DNA of 64,000 nucleotides from assembly GCA_038087875.1 (NCBI GenBank), contig CM075995.1, positions 5,086,001 to 5,150,000 of the forward strand, given 5' to 3'. This document shows, piece after piece, positions 10,761 through 23,600 of the stretch (its first letter is position 1; every line of letters starts with the position of its first letter). The stretch is from Malacoraja senta (lineage: Eukaryota). Both the position numbers and the translations under genes were made by a program. The notes under the pieces are model-generated. The model saw only the letters and a program-made list of their open reading frames with translations, did no database searches and was not told the origin of the DNA.

Positions 10761-12999
10761 CAAAATGGTCAGATTGATAATTAATTCATCATCGTAAACA
10801 ATGCTGCTAAACAATCATAGAAAAATCATATTTTGGATGGAGATATGAGACTGCGGACTCTTCTTCAGACTTCATATTTTGAGGAATAACTGGAAAATGC
10901 TAAAGAGATCATTTAAAATCCTTTTTTGTGTGCAAATCCATCCACAGGTTTACCCTTTTCTAACTGTAACTTGCAGTTTTATAGCCTTTCGGATCTCTGA
11001 GTTCCTCAAATTCCAACCTCTTCAATTTCTTCACCTCGCCACTGGTAGATGCATGACCTTTGTCAAGTTGCTTGGCTACACATTGACAATGTTTGTTGCT
11101 GATTTACCTTGGCTCGAATAGTTCCTCGATGACAACTGGCAGTAAAACTGTTTCTCCAAAGTCTGATAACAACAGGGTTCACACACATTTGTTTGGTTGA
11201 AAGCTGCAAAAGCCTTTGTGCTGTGCTTGTGAGGGCCATTCTCCCCAACTATCCATTTAGCAACACCTATGAATCCAAAACCCCATTCTGGTAGAATCCT
11301 ACTCAAAAATGGAGGTTAAAATCCTAAACCAAATAATCAGCAAATTCTAACAAGATAATTAATTCTTTAGTAAGTTATGAGGGAAATGTAGTCAATTTTT
11401 AATTTTACTTCGGAGTCACGTGAGTGACTACGTGAAGAACCCCGCCAGTGCGCCTGCGCGTCATTACGTCAGACGCCTTGACGCAAACGGACGTGAGGAG
11501 CAGTGCTCCTCGAGTGGTTTGTAGTTTTTCAACTACAAGGTAAGTAAAAACTTTTTTACAGGTTTTCCAGGTCCGTTTACTGTGGGTCTATGGCGATTTT
11601 TTCCACAGACGCCATGGGAAAAAACGGACAGGGGGAAGAGGCGAGCGACATAGCCGACAGAAGTCGGGAAAGTCGGGAGTCCGCGGTTAGAGACCAACCG
11701 CCTCTAAACCCCGGTACAGTCGCCAGCGGTGAGCATAGCGACTGTGGACCTGGGGCTGGTGAAAACACAGTCAGTGCCTGTCGGGCAAAAGACAAAGTTT
11801 AAATCCCAACGGAGGGAGTCCCAGGCAATGAAGAAGCTCCAGGGCTAGATACTGCTTTAGAGCGTATTGCCCAAATAGAAAGCCTTTTACACAGGCTGTT
11901 GGAGCAACGTTCACTCAGTGAGGAGTGTTCTGAAAGCCAAGCTGCTGGAAACAGCTCAAACAGCTCCTGGTACAGGGCTAGATACTGCTTTCGAGCGTAT
12001 TGCCCAAATAGAAGCCTTTTTCATAGGTTGTTGGAGCAAAAGTTCACTCAGGAAGGAGTGTACTGTAATCCAAGCTGCAGGAGCAGCTTAACAGCACCTG
12101 GCTCAGGGCTGATGGAATGCACCCTCAGGAATGAGGAGCGTGCTACGGGTCATGAGATTTCAGACCCCGACTCTGACGGTGAGGCTGTACAAGGCGATGA
12201 AAGGCAGCTGCCAGATGTTCCACCCCTGGTAGTAGGATTCGCTGCCCCGTCAGGGTCAGGAGAGCCATTAGGAAGAACTGGCCTCCTTAATAAATTACTT
12301 GGTTTACCATTAGCTGGAACAGCATGAAATGGATGAGACTGCAAGAGTATCTGGAATCAGTTGCAGAGAATATTAAAGCTGCTGGGTTCTGGAATAACTG
12401 CTTTTACCAGAATAGCAGGTAACAACCAAAAGATGACGAAGTTCCATCAGCAAGCACTGGGGTTGCTATGCAGCACCCACTTCGAGAAGTGCTATACGGT
12501 CTACTATGAATCCGAAATTCGCAGCACTCTGCAAACCAAGTAATATACAAATTACCCAACTTACTCTTTGGAGAGATCTCGGGAGACGTATTAAAGAGTT
12601 GGAAGATGAAGCGAAAACAGGATTGATGAAGACATCAATGGTTGTGAAGTCTGTAAAGAGGAAGTATCCTTTCAGACGTCATACGGATCCTGGACCAAGT
12701 CGCTCATCAACGCAGGGACGTAGTTGGCGGCCTGCAGCGGGAGCAAGAACCAGTGGGCGTGCTTCCGGGAGAACCCAGGAATCTCAGGGTACTCAAATGA
12801 CTCAAGAGGTAGGTGGACCTGGTTCTCATGGGAACATACTAACTGGATTAAGTCCAAAAGTTGGAGGCAGGTTACATTTCTTCTATAATAATTGGAAGAA
12901 AATTACTTCAGATGTGGTAATCCTGAATAATATACAAGGATTTCGAATTGAATTCAATCCAAATTATGATTTGCCTGTTCAGCATGTTCCTAGCCGAAC

Positions 13000-14273
13000 T
13001 CTGCACTTTGTACAAAAAGAAGTGATGGAGGTTCAGGTTGCAATTGAAACCCTATATAAAAAAAAGGGGTTATTGAAAAATCAGTCTACCAAAGTCACCA
13101 ATTTGTGTCAAAAATATTCCCTCGATCAAAAAAGGATGGAGGATGTAGGATTCTTGTAGATTTGATAAATCTGAATCCTTTTGTGCAATTTAGACATTTT
13201 AAAATGGAAACATTTGTGACTGCCAAACAGCTTATTTCAGAAGCATGTTATATGGCAACTATAGACTTGAAAGATGCATATTATTCAGTGTCTGTTCATT
13301 CAGAAGATAGGAAGTATCTTAAATTTAAATGGATGAACCAGTTGTGGCAGTTCAAAGCTCTGCCTAATGGGTTAATATCTGCACCCAGAATATTCACAAA
13401 AATTGTTAAAACCAATTCTGGGCTTGCTGAGTAGCCAGGGGCATGTACTAATGGCATATTTGGATGATGTCTTGATTATAGGAAAGACAAAACAGTCAAC
13501 AGAAGTATCTGTTGCAGTTGTGAAATCAACTTTTGAAAAGTTGGGGTTTCTAATTCATCCACAGAAATCTAGGTTAACACCATGTACCTCTATTAATTAT
13601 TTGGGGTTCACAATTGATTCAGTCCAAATGAATATCACTTTGCCCAGGGAAAAGGGTGGATTTGATTAAAGATTGCAGTAATCTCCTAAACGAGCAAAAA
13701 CCTTCAATTAGACAGGTGGCTCGTGTACTGGGAAAATTAGTAGCAGCATTCCCAGCAGTCCAATTTGGACCATTACATTATCAACAGCTGCAGAGACTTA
13801 AAGAACAGGCACCGAGAATGCATGTTGGTCATTTTGATCGAACCATGCAACTAACAACAAATGCTGTTTCTGATCTGCAGTGGTGGATCCTACATGTCTC
13901 AAGCAGTTCCAGCAAAGTGCTGATTGAACAACCTTCCATGATATTACAAACTGATGCCAGTGCACCAGGATGGGGTGCAACTGACTTAACATCTAGCTGA
14001 GGAGGCAGATGGAATCAGGAAGAGTCATTGTTACTGCAGACATGGGGAATTAACTATTTGGAGCTTCTAGGATGTTTCTATGGGCTCCAAGCTTATTGTT
14101 CTAACTCAACTAATAAGCATGTTCAAGTTCAAATTGATAACACAACAGTAGTTGTTTATATTAATGATATGGAATTAAGTCGGTGTCTTGTGACAAAATG
14201 GTTAATCAACTTTGGGCTTGGTGTATTGAAAAGAACATTTGGATTTCAGCTATCTATCTACCAGGTAGAATGA
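13000..14273 (+). pseudogene. DIRS reverse transcriptase and RNase H (frameshifted)
   Basis: KKDGGCRILVDL, IDLKDAYYSV, ALPNGLISAPRIFTK and YLDD; RNase H motifs TDAS..GWGA, INYLEL and IDNTTVV, spread over ORFs 13105-14273. Confidence 0.9.
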
Positions 14274-14322
14274 ACGATAGCAGACACCAGGTCACGAAAA
14301 GTTCCATGATAATAAAGAATGG

Positions 14323-14670
14323 ATGTTGAATCAAAAGGTATTCAATGATATAGTCATCAGATTTGGAATGACCGACATCGACTTGAATCATCAGCTATCG
14401 AGATATGTCTCATGGAAACCAGATCCAGGAGCAGTGGCGATTGATGCTTTCTCGCTACATTGGGGTGGTATGTTTTCATATATATTTCCACCTTTCTGCC
14501 TCATAAGCCAATGTTTGCTTAAAATCAGGCAAGATGCTGCTTCAAGGGTATTGGTAGTACCAGATTGGCCTATACAGCCATGGTATCTGTTGATATTAGA
14601 ATTAACAACACAAATGTTGATGAAAGTCCCAAAAAGGAGTAATTTATTGCTGCACCCTGTAACAGGGTAA
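14323..14670 (+). pseudogene. DIRS-associated DNA N6-adenine methyltransferase-like domain
   Basis: YVSWKPDPGAVAIDAF..W...YIFPPFCLI..CLLKI....VLVVPDWPIQPWY, located between RNase H and YR as in DIRS1 elements. Confidence 0.8.
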
Positions 14671-14720
14671 CAACATCCATTATATCATCGTTTGGATTTG
14701 TTGATTTGCAGGTTTTAAGA

Positions 14721-15682
14721 ATGCCTTTTCTGGGACGAGGACTGTCTGAGCATACTGTGGACATGCTTACGGCAGCCGGGAGGAAGAGCACTCAAAAACT
14801 GTACCTTTCCTATATTAAGAAATGGGAAGAGTTCTGTGTACAAAAGAATGTGCAATAAAGTACTGCAGATATTTCAAATGTTTAGAATTTCTGTCAAAAC
14901 TTTATTATGATGAAGGTCTGAGTTGTAGTGCAATTAATTCAGCCAGAAGTGCATTGTCCTCATATTTGGTTCTGGATTCAGAAAGAAACTCAATTGGGTC
15001 ACACCCAATTGTTTCCAGACTAATGAAAGGAATCTTTAATTCCAAACCACCGAAACCTAGGTACGTGACAATCTGGGATGTAAGTGTGGTACTGAAACTA
15101 CTTCGTGATGGTTATCAAGTGTGTCTTTACCTTTGGTCAAGCTCAGTATGAAAGTATTCATGTTTATGGCATGAGTGACAGCACAACGAGTGCAAACACT
15201 TGGAAAATTACAAATAGACAGTATGGAAGTAACTGAAGACAAGGTTACATTCTATATCTATGACCTAATAAAGCAAATTAGGCCAGGTGTGACAGGATTT
15301 AAAATTATGCTGGCAGCATATCCAAATGATCCATGTCTTTGTATAAGACATATTTATTACAATACATTGAGGTCACAAAGAATTTGAGAATACGGAAACT
15401 GGGTTTTTGATCACACACAAGAAACCACACAAGAGAGTTTCAATACAGACTATTTCCAGATGGATAAAATAAGTCTTAACAGCTGCTGGTATTAACATTT
15501 ATGTTTTTACGTCTCACTCGTCTAGGGCAGCAGAAATGTCGGCGGCCAGGGCAAAAGACGGTCCCGTCGACCATATCCTCGCAGCCGCCGGGTGGTCCAA
15601 TGAGTTGATGTTTCAACATTTTTACCATCGGCCTATTGTTAATGCGGGGTTGTTTGCAGAAACTATTTTAAGTTCTGTGTAA
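14721..15682 (+). pseudogene. DIRS tyrosine recombinase (disrupted)
   Basis: N-terminus ...RKSTQKLYLSYIKKW, then SAINSARSALS and TAQRVQTL; C-terminus HSSR...AAAGWSNELMFQHFY carrying the HxxR, W and catalytic Y positions. Confidence 0.88.
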
Positions 15683-15850
15683 ATTCCTCTGGTTTAAAGG
15701 GGATCTGATTCATTTCATTCTTGAAATGAATTACTGCATTTGTGGTACAAATGTTATTATGAATGCATGATTGATTATTCTCGTTCCGAGTCAATCTATG
15801 CAGTGAGAAGCCGGGATTGATCCACGGCATGAAATCACAAAGCTTTAAAA

Positions 15851-15964
15851 TCTTCACGTAGTCACTCACGTGACTCCGAAGTAAAATAGTAAGATTAAAC
15901 GAGAACTTACCTAAGTTTGAAGTTTGATCTTTATTTTATGAGGAGTTACGTAGGTGATTACGTG
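15851..15964 (+). repeat. DIRS internal complementary region (ICR)
   Basis: 15851-15887 is the reverse complement of 11402-11438; 15888-15964 is the reverse complement of 16117-16193. Confidence 0.95.
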
Positions 15965-17373
15965 CCCACCACGACCCTACCCTCTATCATAAAGGTCAGA
16001 TGGAAGTTCTTGTCTTACTCGTTTTAGTATGAGACTATATTACTTCGGTTGTTGTTTTTTGTGATTTCACACCGCTGCTTTGAAGATTGACGCGCAGGCG
16101 CACTGGCGGGGTTCTTCACGTAATCACCTACGTAACTCCTCATAAAATAAAGATCAAACTTCAAACTTAGGTAAGTTCTCGTTTAATCTTACTATTCTTA
16201 CATGTAATTGCATATACAGTAAACATCGGTATTTCAAACAACTTATTCAAACGTGCTGAAAAAACGTTATTTAATCATTGCTGTTCATTTGGTCGTGATA
16301 GGAATTTAGGGTGTCCAAGGTTGTGGTTGGTCTGGGAATATAATGTCTTCCACAGTTAAGTAGCCAGTCAGCATTTAAAAGAATAGAAGATGATATGGAA
16401 TAAGCCTTCTCTTCCACTCCAGCAGTTTCCATCCTAATAATTTTGAAAGTCAAGAGGCTGAACAAATCAGTGAAGGACGTGCTGCCGAGAACAAGAAGGG
16501 ATCCGTTGTGGGGGGTGGGGAGGCAGCTGAGAACAAAGAGGGAACTGGCGTGGGGAAGGGGCAGCTGAGAAAAGAGAGGGTCTGGGGGGGGGGGGGAAGA
16601 AAGAAGGTCTATATGGAATACTTTTGTAACCTGGTCGGCGCCCTTTATACTTGTACTGTACGCAAACATAGAATCTCACTGTACCAAGAACACTTGACAA
16701 TAAAATATTAATCAATCAATCAATTCTTGTTGATGTTTATCACCTACTACTAAATGAATAGTGGGCACATGCTATGTTGCAGACTTTACTCCCATGCATT
16801 AATTCTGCCTAACACTGAAAAGAGGAGAAGCGTGTAGCAGCCATGTAGCCGTTCTCCATCTGAAGAGATATTTTTTTAGGCTGCAAGAAGCAAAGCTGCT
16901 CCGACTTTGTCTCTCAGCAGCCCTACACAACGTCCAAGAAATGTCAGAATTTACTGCACCTGAGCCAACTGCTTCACCAAACGTGGAAAGAATTTGCAGA
17001 ACATTAAAATTTTATTTTGATGCCTTTTTTGATAACATTCCTGATTAATGCAGTGAAAGGGGAATGTATCAACATAAATTTAATAGAAATGCACATTAAT
17101 ATAAATTTGTGGGAAATAATTCAAAATCTCTATTCCTTTAGTGTCAATAATTGTTCCTTAATTTATTTTCTAAAATGCTCTGGCTCTTATTGTAAGGTTA
17201 ACTCTTGTTATGAATTCCTCTATCAGCAAAAAGGTTTTTTCTTCTCTGCCCACTATAAGAACATCTTAAATGCCACAATCAAATCTCTCTTCAATCTTCT
17301 ATATCACAATGAACATAAATCTGTATGTAATGTCTCCTTGGAATCTTTGGAGTTCCGTGAATTATTATTATTT

Positions 17374-17665
17374 TGTGGCGGCAGTCTATACACGGGCCAC
17401 TTATGCTCGAACCCTCGTCAGGAAATACGAGGGCGGGCACGTGACGTCATGGGCTAGAGGGAGTGTCCTGGTACTTAAGGTCATCTCACCTCGAGACCAC
17501 CAGGTGTTCAACCGGTAGCTGAGCCCGAGGGAACAACCTCGCTCAGCTTCAGCAACAACATTAATAATAGTTAGCGCACCAACCTAACGTGTCGACCCTT
17601 GAGTAAACAACTGTTTGAACCGGCCTGACGTCTCCTCTTTATTCACCACGTTTGGTGCTGCTACA
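17374..17665. mobile_element. Solo LTR (292 bp), probably Gypsy-type
   Basis: TG...CA ends with imperfect 10-bp inverted termini (TGTGGCGGCA / TGCTGCTACA) and a 4-bp TSD ATTT (17370-17373 / 17666-17669). GC/CpG-rich island in AT-rich DNA. Confidence 0.65.
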
Positions 17666-18254
17666 ATTTGCTATAATACAGTTGCCATGGTGATTAAGTT
17701 TATTGCCAACACTTACCTCTGAAATTTTTATACTAATTACTTTACACCACAATTTAGCAAGCTGCTCTATTTTGCAAATTTTCTCAGATCTGTATACATG
17801 TCTGGATGCATATTTTTAAAGTTTACCTTTCTCAAAGAAAACACAACGACAGCATCATGTTTCAGAGTATTTCTTAACTCTAGATTGTATCTATCTTATT
17901 TATCTTTTTGCAATTATTGTATGAGGGCATCCTGCTCCCCTTAATGTTTAGTGTTAATGAAATAACATCACAGTCATAATTCCCTTGTGTGGTTTTCCCA
18001 ATGTATTAGGAATCATTGATGATTAGTTGCGACTGCAGCACTGAGAAATGTGTTGGAATGCTTTTCTTGAATAAAAGTGTTTTTATTCTTTAGATTGGAC
18101 AGTCAACTAGAAATTGTAATTAAATTACACCATGAGGAAATCAGCTTTTGGCTGAAAGCAAAGGTAATACAAAATTATTGTTTTAGAAGGAAGGCTGACA
18201 TATCCCACATGTAATTATTAATGCCACAATGCTTACTTTTAAGAATTAATTCTT

Positions 18255-20680
18255 AGTTCTTGGTTCTTGGTTCTTCTTGGTTTCTTGGTCCTCCAAAATA
18301 TTCCAAATGGAATTTAAACTGGAGGTGGTGGAGGGAGGACTTAAGCCAGAAAGGGTTTTTGGGAAGAAAGAGCTACCTTAAATTTAGTTGCATCTGGTTG
18401 GGTAACTATGGTAGGGTGAAGATTATTCCATGCTTTAATTGTGCGGGGGAAGAATGAATTGCTGTACACATCTGTCTTGGTAGCTGGAATCTCAAATTGG
18501 ATTGAATGTCCTCGTCTGCTCCTAATTGGTTTGGGTTTGGTGTAGGTCTTGTAATCTATGTTGAGCTGACCATTTAACATTTTGTAAAAACAGGTCAAAC
18601 GGTGAGCTTCACGTCTGTCTTGGAGAGGGTTCCACCCCAGAGAATTCAGAAGTTTGGTAACACTCGCTTCTCTCTCATAGGTGTTAGTAACAAATCGAGC
18701 TGCCTGTCTTTGGATACGTTCGATGGAAGAAATGTTTTTATTTGTGTATGGGTCCCATGCTGCAACTGCGTAGTCCAAATGAGGTCTAACGAGGGTGAAG
18801 TATAGCTTCTCCTTGACAGAAGTTGAACAATGATGAAAGTTGCGCCTCAGAAAATTTAGGACACCTGTTGCTTTCACCGTTGCATGATGAGTCTGACCAT
18901 TCCAGCGCAGATCATTCTGCAATTTGATGCCAAGATACTTGGTTTGTTTGGATTCTTCAAGGGTGGTACCAAGTATATTGTATGATGTTTTGCCTGGATT
19001 CCTCTTTCTGGTGACACGCATGGTTTCACATTTGGAAGGGTTGAACTGCATGCCCCATTGGTGTGACCACTCAACCATTGTATCGAGGTCCTTTTGGAGA
19101 GCATCTTCATCATCAGCTGACTTAATTGGATGGTACAGCAAACAATCATCAGCGAATAGTCTGGTCGTGCTTGCGACTTTTTCATGGATGTCGTTTATGT
19201 AAAGCAAAAACAGATGTGGGCCAAGTACTGTGCCCTGAGGTGTACCACTCAACACTGGATGCCAATTGGAGCTCTTTCCGTTCACACACACACGCTGAAG
19301 ACGTTTTGTCAGGAAACTGGAAATCCATCGTTTCGTGTTGGAACGAATACCATAGAAGTCAAGCTTCCGAAGCAGTCTCTGGTGTGGGATGACATCAAAT
19401 GCTTTAGAAAAGTCCAGCACTACTAAATCCGTGATGACATTACCATCAAGATGTTTGGCCAGGTCATTTGTCGTCAGGATAAGCTGAGACTCACATGATC
19501 TATGCCTCCTAAATGCATGTTGGTTGTCAGCAAGAATATTATGTTTGCTCACGTGTCGCATCAGATTACTATCAATTACATGCTCCAGTAATTTGCAGCA
19601 AGTACTTGTTAATGAAACAGGACGATAATTCGCTGGGTTGGTGGTTGAACCTTTCTTAAAGAGAGGAGTGATGTTAGCCTTCCTCCAATCCAGCGGAACT
19701 TCACCTGAGTCAAGCGATTGTTGGAAAATGAACTGCAAAACTGGAGCCAGTTCTTCGGCTGTGATCTTGAGGGCTTGATTCTGTATCTGATCTGGTCCAA
19801 TTGCTTTTGTGGTATTGATGTTGAGCAATAACTTCTTGACATCTTCAACCTCAATTTTAATAGCAGGCATATCAGCATACGGGCTGGGCGGTAGAACTGG
19901 AAATGATGAAGGCTCCATATCCTCCCGGGTGAAAACGTGCTGGAATTGGTTTGCAAGAGCTTCTGCTTTCGCCTGGTCCTCAGTGATCAGACAGTTGTTC
20001 ACTTTAAGCATCTGGACACCTGTGTTGTCTGTCCGTCTGGATTTCACATATCTCCAAAAAGCCTTGGGTTGCTCTCCCCCAAGAATAGAAGAAACATGTT
20101 GTCTATGAGCACTCCTAATAGCACGATCGACTTGCTTTTGCATTCTAGTAAAATTGTCCCAGTCCAGTTTTGTACCCCTTTTTTTGGTACGGATATAAGA
20201 CTTCTCTTTCTTACTGCAGAGACGTTTCAGTTTTGCCGAAAACCAAGGAGGACGCATACGGCCCTTAATGAGTTTTTGAGGAACATGATTTGTAACAATA
20301 TTATTTAAAGAGTTTCTCAGCCACACCCAGTTGTCATTTACGGATCTTTTATCTGGTTGCAGGTTGAAGAAATCTTTTCCCAGTTTTTTTGCTAAGACTT
20401 TAAATTCCTCGCTGTTCACTTTTCTCCAGAGGGAAATTTTACGCGGTGGCTTTGAAGGAACTTTAAGCTTTGTGTGCAGTTTTGCTTGGATAATATAATG
20501 ATCGCTAATTCCAGCACACGATGAAACTTCCGAAATTAAATCTGGGTGAGAAGTGAACAATAAATCTAGAGTATTTTCGGTGCCACTTGTCTCATCACGT
20601 CTGGTAGGGAAAGTGACTTTTTGGGACAGGTGATTTTCCAGAGTAAGGTCAGCTAGGGCTTCCTGGATTGTTTTCAATGT
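18255..20680 (-). mobile_element. CR1-group LINE of a second lineage, 5'-truncated, with an open ORF2 remnant
   Basis: 784-aa ORF at 18341-20695: APE end (TLDLLFT, GISDH), RT (NYRPVSLTS, LDFSKAFD, GTPQGTVLGP, LFADD), SFFPRTIKAWNNL. Short 3' UTR hairpin and (CCAAGAA)n-type tail. Confidence 0.9.
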
Positions 20681-23600
20681 AATAATCAATACCACAAATC
20701 AAATGTGAAACTCATTGAATCGTGAAGACTTAGCTCTGAGATCAACTGTAGCTTACCACCTAATATAGCCATTTCATCGCAGATGAGGAATTGAACATGG
20801 AACTATTTTGATCTATAATTCTTAGTACCGCACTAGATTGAGCATTTCCATTTAAATATTGTCAACCCGATAATAAAGCAGCTCATTAAAATGTTACCTA
20901 GGTGTACCCTCCTTAAAATTCTAATATTACCATTAGTAAGCAGAAGTAGACTTGAGAAAAAGGAAATGAGATGGCAGAAAAAAACCATTGAAGGAGGAAG
21001 GAAATGGTTGGAGGAGGGAAGGGGACTAAAAAGCCAAAAAGAGAAGAGGTTGGGACAAGGCCACTGAAGGCCAGAAAGGAGAAACCATTGAAGAATGTAA
21101 AAGAGGGGAGATTAGTGGAAGAAGAAAAAGGAGGAAAGAGAGTATATGAGGGAAGGAACAACAACTTGCAATGTGTAATGACTTTAATGTAGAAAAAATG
21201 TTTCAAGATTATTTGTGGTGGACAATAAACCAATGAACAAGACTAAAAGTGTTAGCAATGTTTGTGTTTTAAAGAATTATCAAGGAAGAAGAGTGAGGTG
21301 AGAAAGCAAAGGTATTTAGGCTGGGAATTTCAAAGAATCTGTCCCCACAGCACTGTACCAATAGTGGGGCAAAGGAGCTTAAAATACAGATAAGGCCAGA
21401 GTGAAAGGAACACAATAAGGTGAGAATAGTGGAGCAAGATGAGGTCACAGGCCTCATGTGGTGAAAAAAAAGTGAGCTTAACACATAAACTGAGTTCTTG
21501 AAGTTTTGCAGCCTATATGAATAAGATCAACAAGGACTAGTTAGAGACATTTGGATATGGTTATGTTTATGGAGAGTGGAAGATAGCAGATTGGCCAGGA
21601 TATAATTAGAGTAAGATCGAGTCCAGAGGTGAGGAAGGTACGAATGAAAGATTCGGGTGCAGTTTGGATAAGGCTGAGCTGGAAGTGAGTGATATTAAAG
21701 AGGGAAGTAGCTTTGTAATATAAAGTAGCTTTGTAATATAAAGGATATGAAGTCAGAAACAAGCAGGGGACCGAACAGGACTCCTTGCATGCAGTGTTTT
21801 TTTTTGTTCAGCTGTTCAGGCAGTAGGTGAAGGCAAGAAATTAGGAGATTGAAGGAAGGAAAATGAATGTAATCCATTGTTGATCACTATGGACTCCTCA
21901 CGGTGTGATTTCTCATTTCCTACCTGGAATCATGTCTTTGAAAAATAACTTTCAGCTTGAGTGAGAAATGTTGGCATCCCAAACTAAATAATTTCTTACT
22001 TAAGATTGGAGAAAATTGAATGCCAATAATTCTGAAGGTAGAGGATTGCAGTGACAGTCTTCTTTCATTTTTCAGGGAAATTGGGCTGCCAACAGTCACA
22101 ACACACAAGGTACACAAAAACTTGAAATTAAAATTAAATTAAAAGTGAGGGGGAAAAAAAACAAGCGACTGTTGGCTGGCTGCCATGTGCACAGCGCCTT
22201 AACCAGAACGAACAAACGCAGGCTTATCCCGTGGGCAGAGGATTCTAAAGCTAGAGTGGCCCCCCTCCCCCACATGGGGTCCCCCTTTGTTCTCCCACCA
22301 TCCCTCACGGCGGTCCCCCCCACACTGGGCCCTCCATTGTTCTTCACTGCGGTCCCCCCACGCCAGGTCCCCATTGTTCTTCACGGTGGTCCCCCCACCG
22401 CGGATCCCTATTGTCTTCCCCATCTCACCTCACGCTCATCGACACTGATCGCGGGTTGATCATGAGGCCCCACCGTTGTCGAGGCCCCCGTGGCCGCCGA
22501 GGGTCACACCCCTTACGTCAAGGCTCATGCTGCCACCGAGGCTCCCATCGCCACTGTCGCTGAGGCTCCTTTATCCCAGACAGGTCTCTCTGCCCGGCTT
22601 CTCTGCAGTCCTCTGGGAGGCTTGTGGGGCCAGTTGGGCCTACCAGGGCGCAGTTGTTCGGCAGGAGATCAGGCCCGCGCGGGTCCCCGGGACACTCCCG
22701 CCACGTGCGTGGCTCCCCAGAATTTATTATTTTTATATTTTAGAAAGATTTAACTCATGAATGACCTTTATTGGACCAATGAGAATTCAGCAACAAACAG
22801 AATGCATCCTACAGAGCAGACAAAGGATGATGTTGGATTTTTTGGACAGACAAATTTGTATTCATCATAATCCTGCTCTTTTGGCAGAGGTGAAGCATTT
22901 GTAAGGTCGGGACTATTCCCCACATCATTCTTCGATTTGTCACACAGTGGAGAATATGCCCACTGAAGAAGGGTCTTGACCCGAAACATCACCCATTCCT
23001 TCTCTCCAGAAATGTTGAGTTCCTTCCTACACTGTACCTTTTGATAGGCACAGTACACATTGTAACCCTGGGAAGAACTCTTCAGCCACAGGGAGGAGAG
23101 GTTTGAGGAATATCGTAACAATAATATTCCCCAGACGGACACTTGTCTTCTTTCTTGGCAATGGTCATGATTACTGCAACTTGCTCAAGTATGTGAAATG
23201 CCATTAGGAGGTAGCTGAGAAGTAGGAGATTATTGACAGAGACATTGAATCTGTTTCATCAAATTACAAAGGACATGATTACATGATCCTGAGGTTGTAG
23301 TTTGTTTAGGAGACTTGATACAAGCTTGTTCAGTGAAATCCAGGAGATAATATAGCAAACGAAGTTCCTGTTTCAGGGAAGCTCACTATTGAAATGCAAG
23401 AACTTGAAATAAGAACAGATAATGCTGGGCATACTCAAGTGGTTTGGTAGCATCTGTGGAGAGAGTATCCACAGACAGCTTTTAGACTAATGATCAAGTT
23501 GTCTACCTTTGGAACATTAATAAACAAGGACAGTGTATCCAAGGGCATGCTTCGCTGCATCCATCTTTAGAATTTAAGTCAAATAAAATGGGTGTAGCAA

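Larger units (their letters stand above)
11402..16196 (+). mobile_element. DIRS1-like tyrosine-recombinase retrotransposon, full length but decayed
   Basis: 35-bp perfect ITR (11429-11463 / 16088-16122). ICR at 15851-15964 is complementary to both termini. ATT at both ends. Internal gag-like, RT, RNase H, MT and YR remnants with frameshifts. Confidence 0.95.

Noticed and set aside
16271..16435. Short minus-strand frame METAGVEEKAYS...
   Set aside because: Ends in a stop codon, with no homology or donor support.
17717..17789. Possible 73-nt minus-strand exon ending GAG|GTAAGT
   Set aside because: Weak acceptor, unrecognised peptide and no partner exons.
22100..22740. GC-rich stretch with short internal tandem repeats
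   Set aside because: Probably a transposon fragment, but no termini, TSD or coding motif could be defined.
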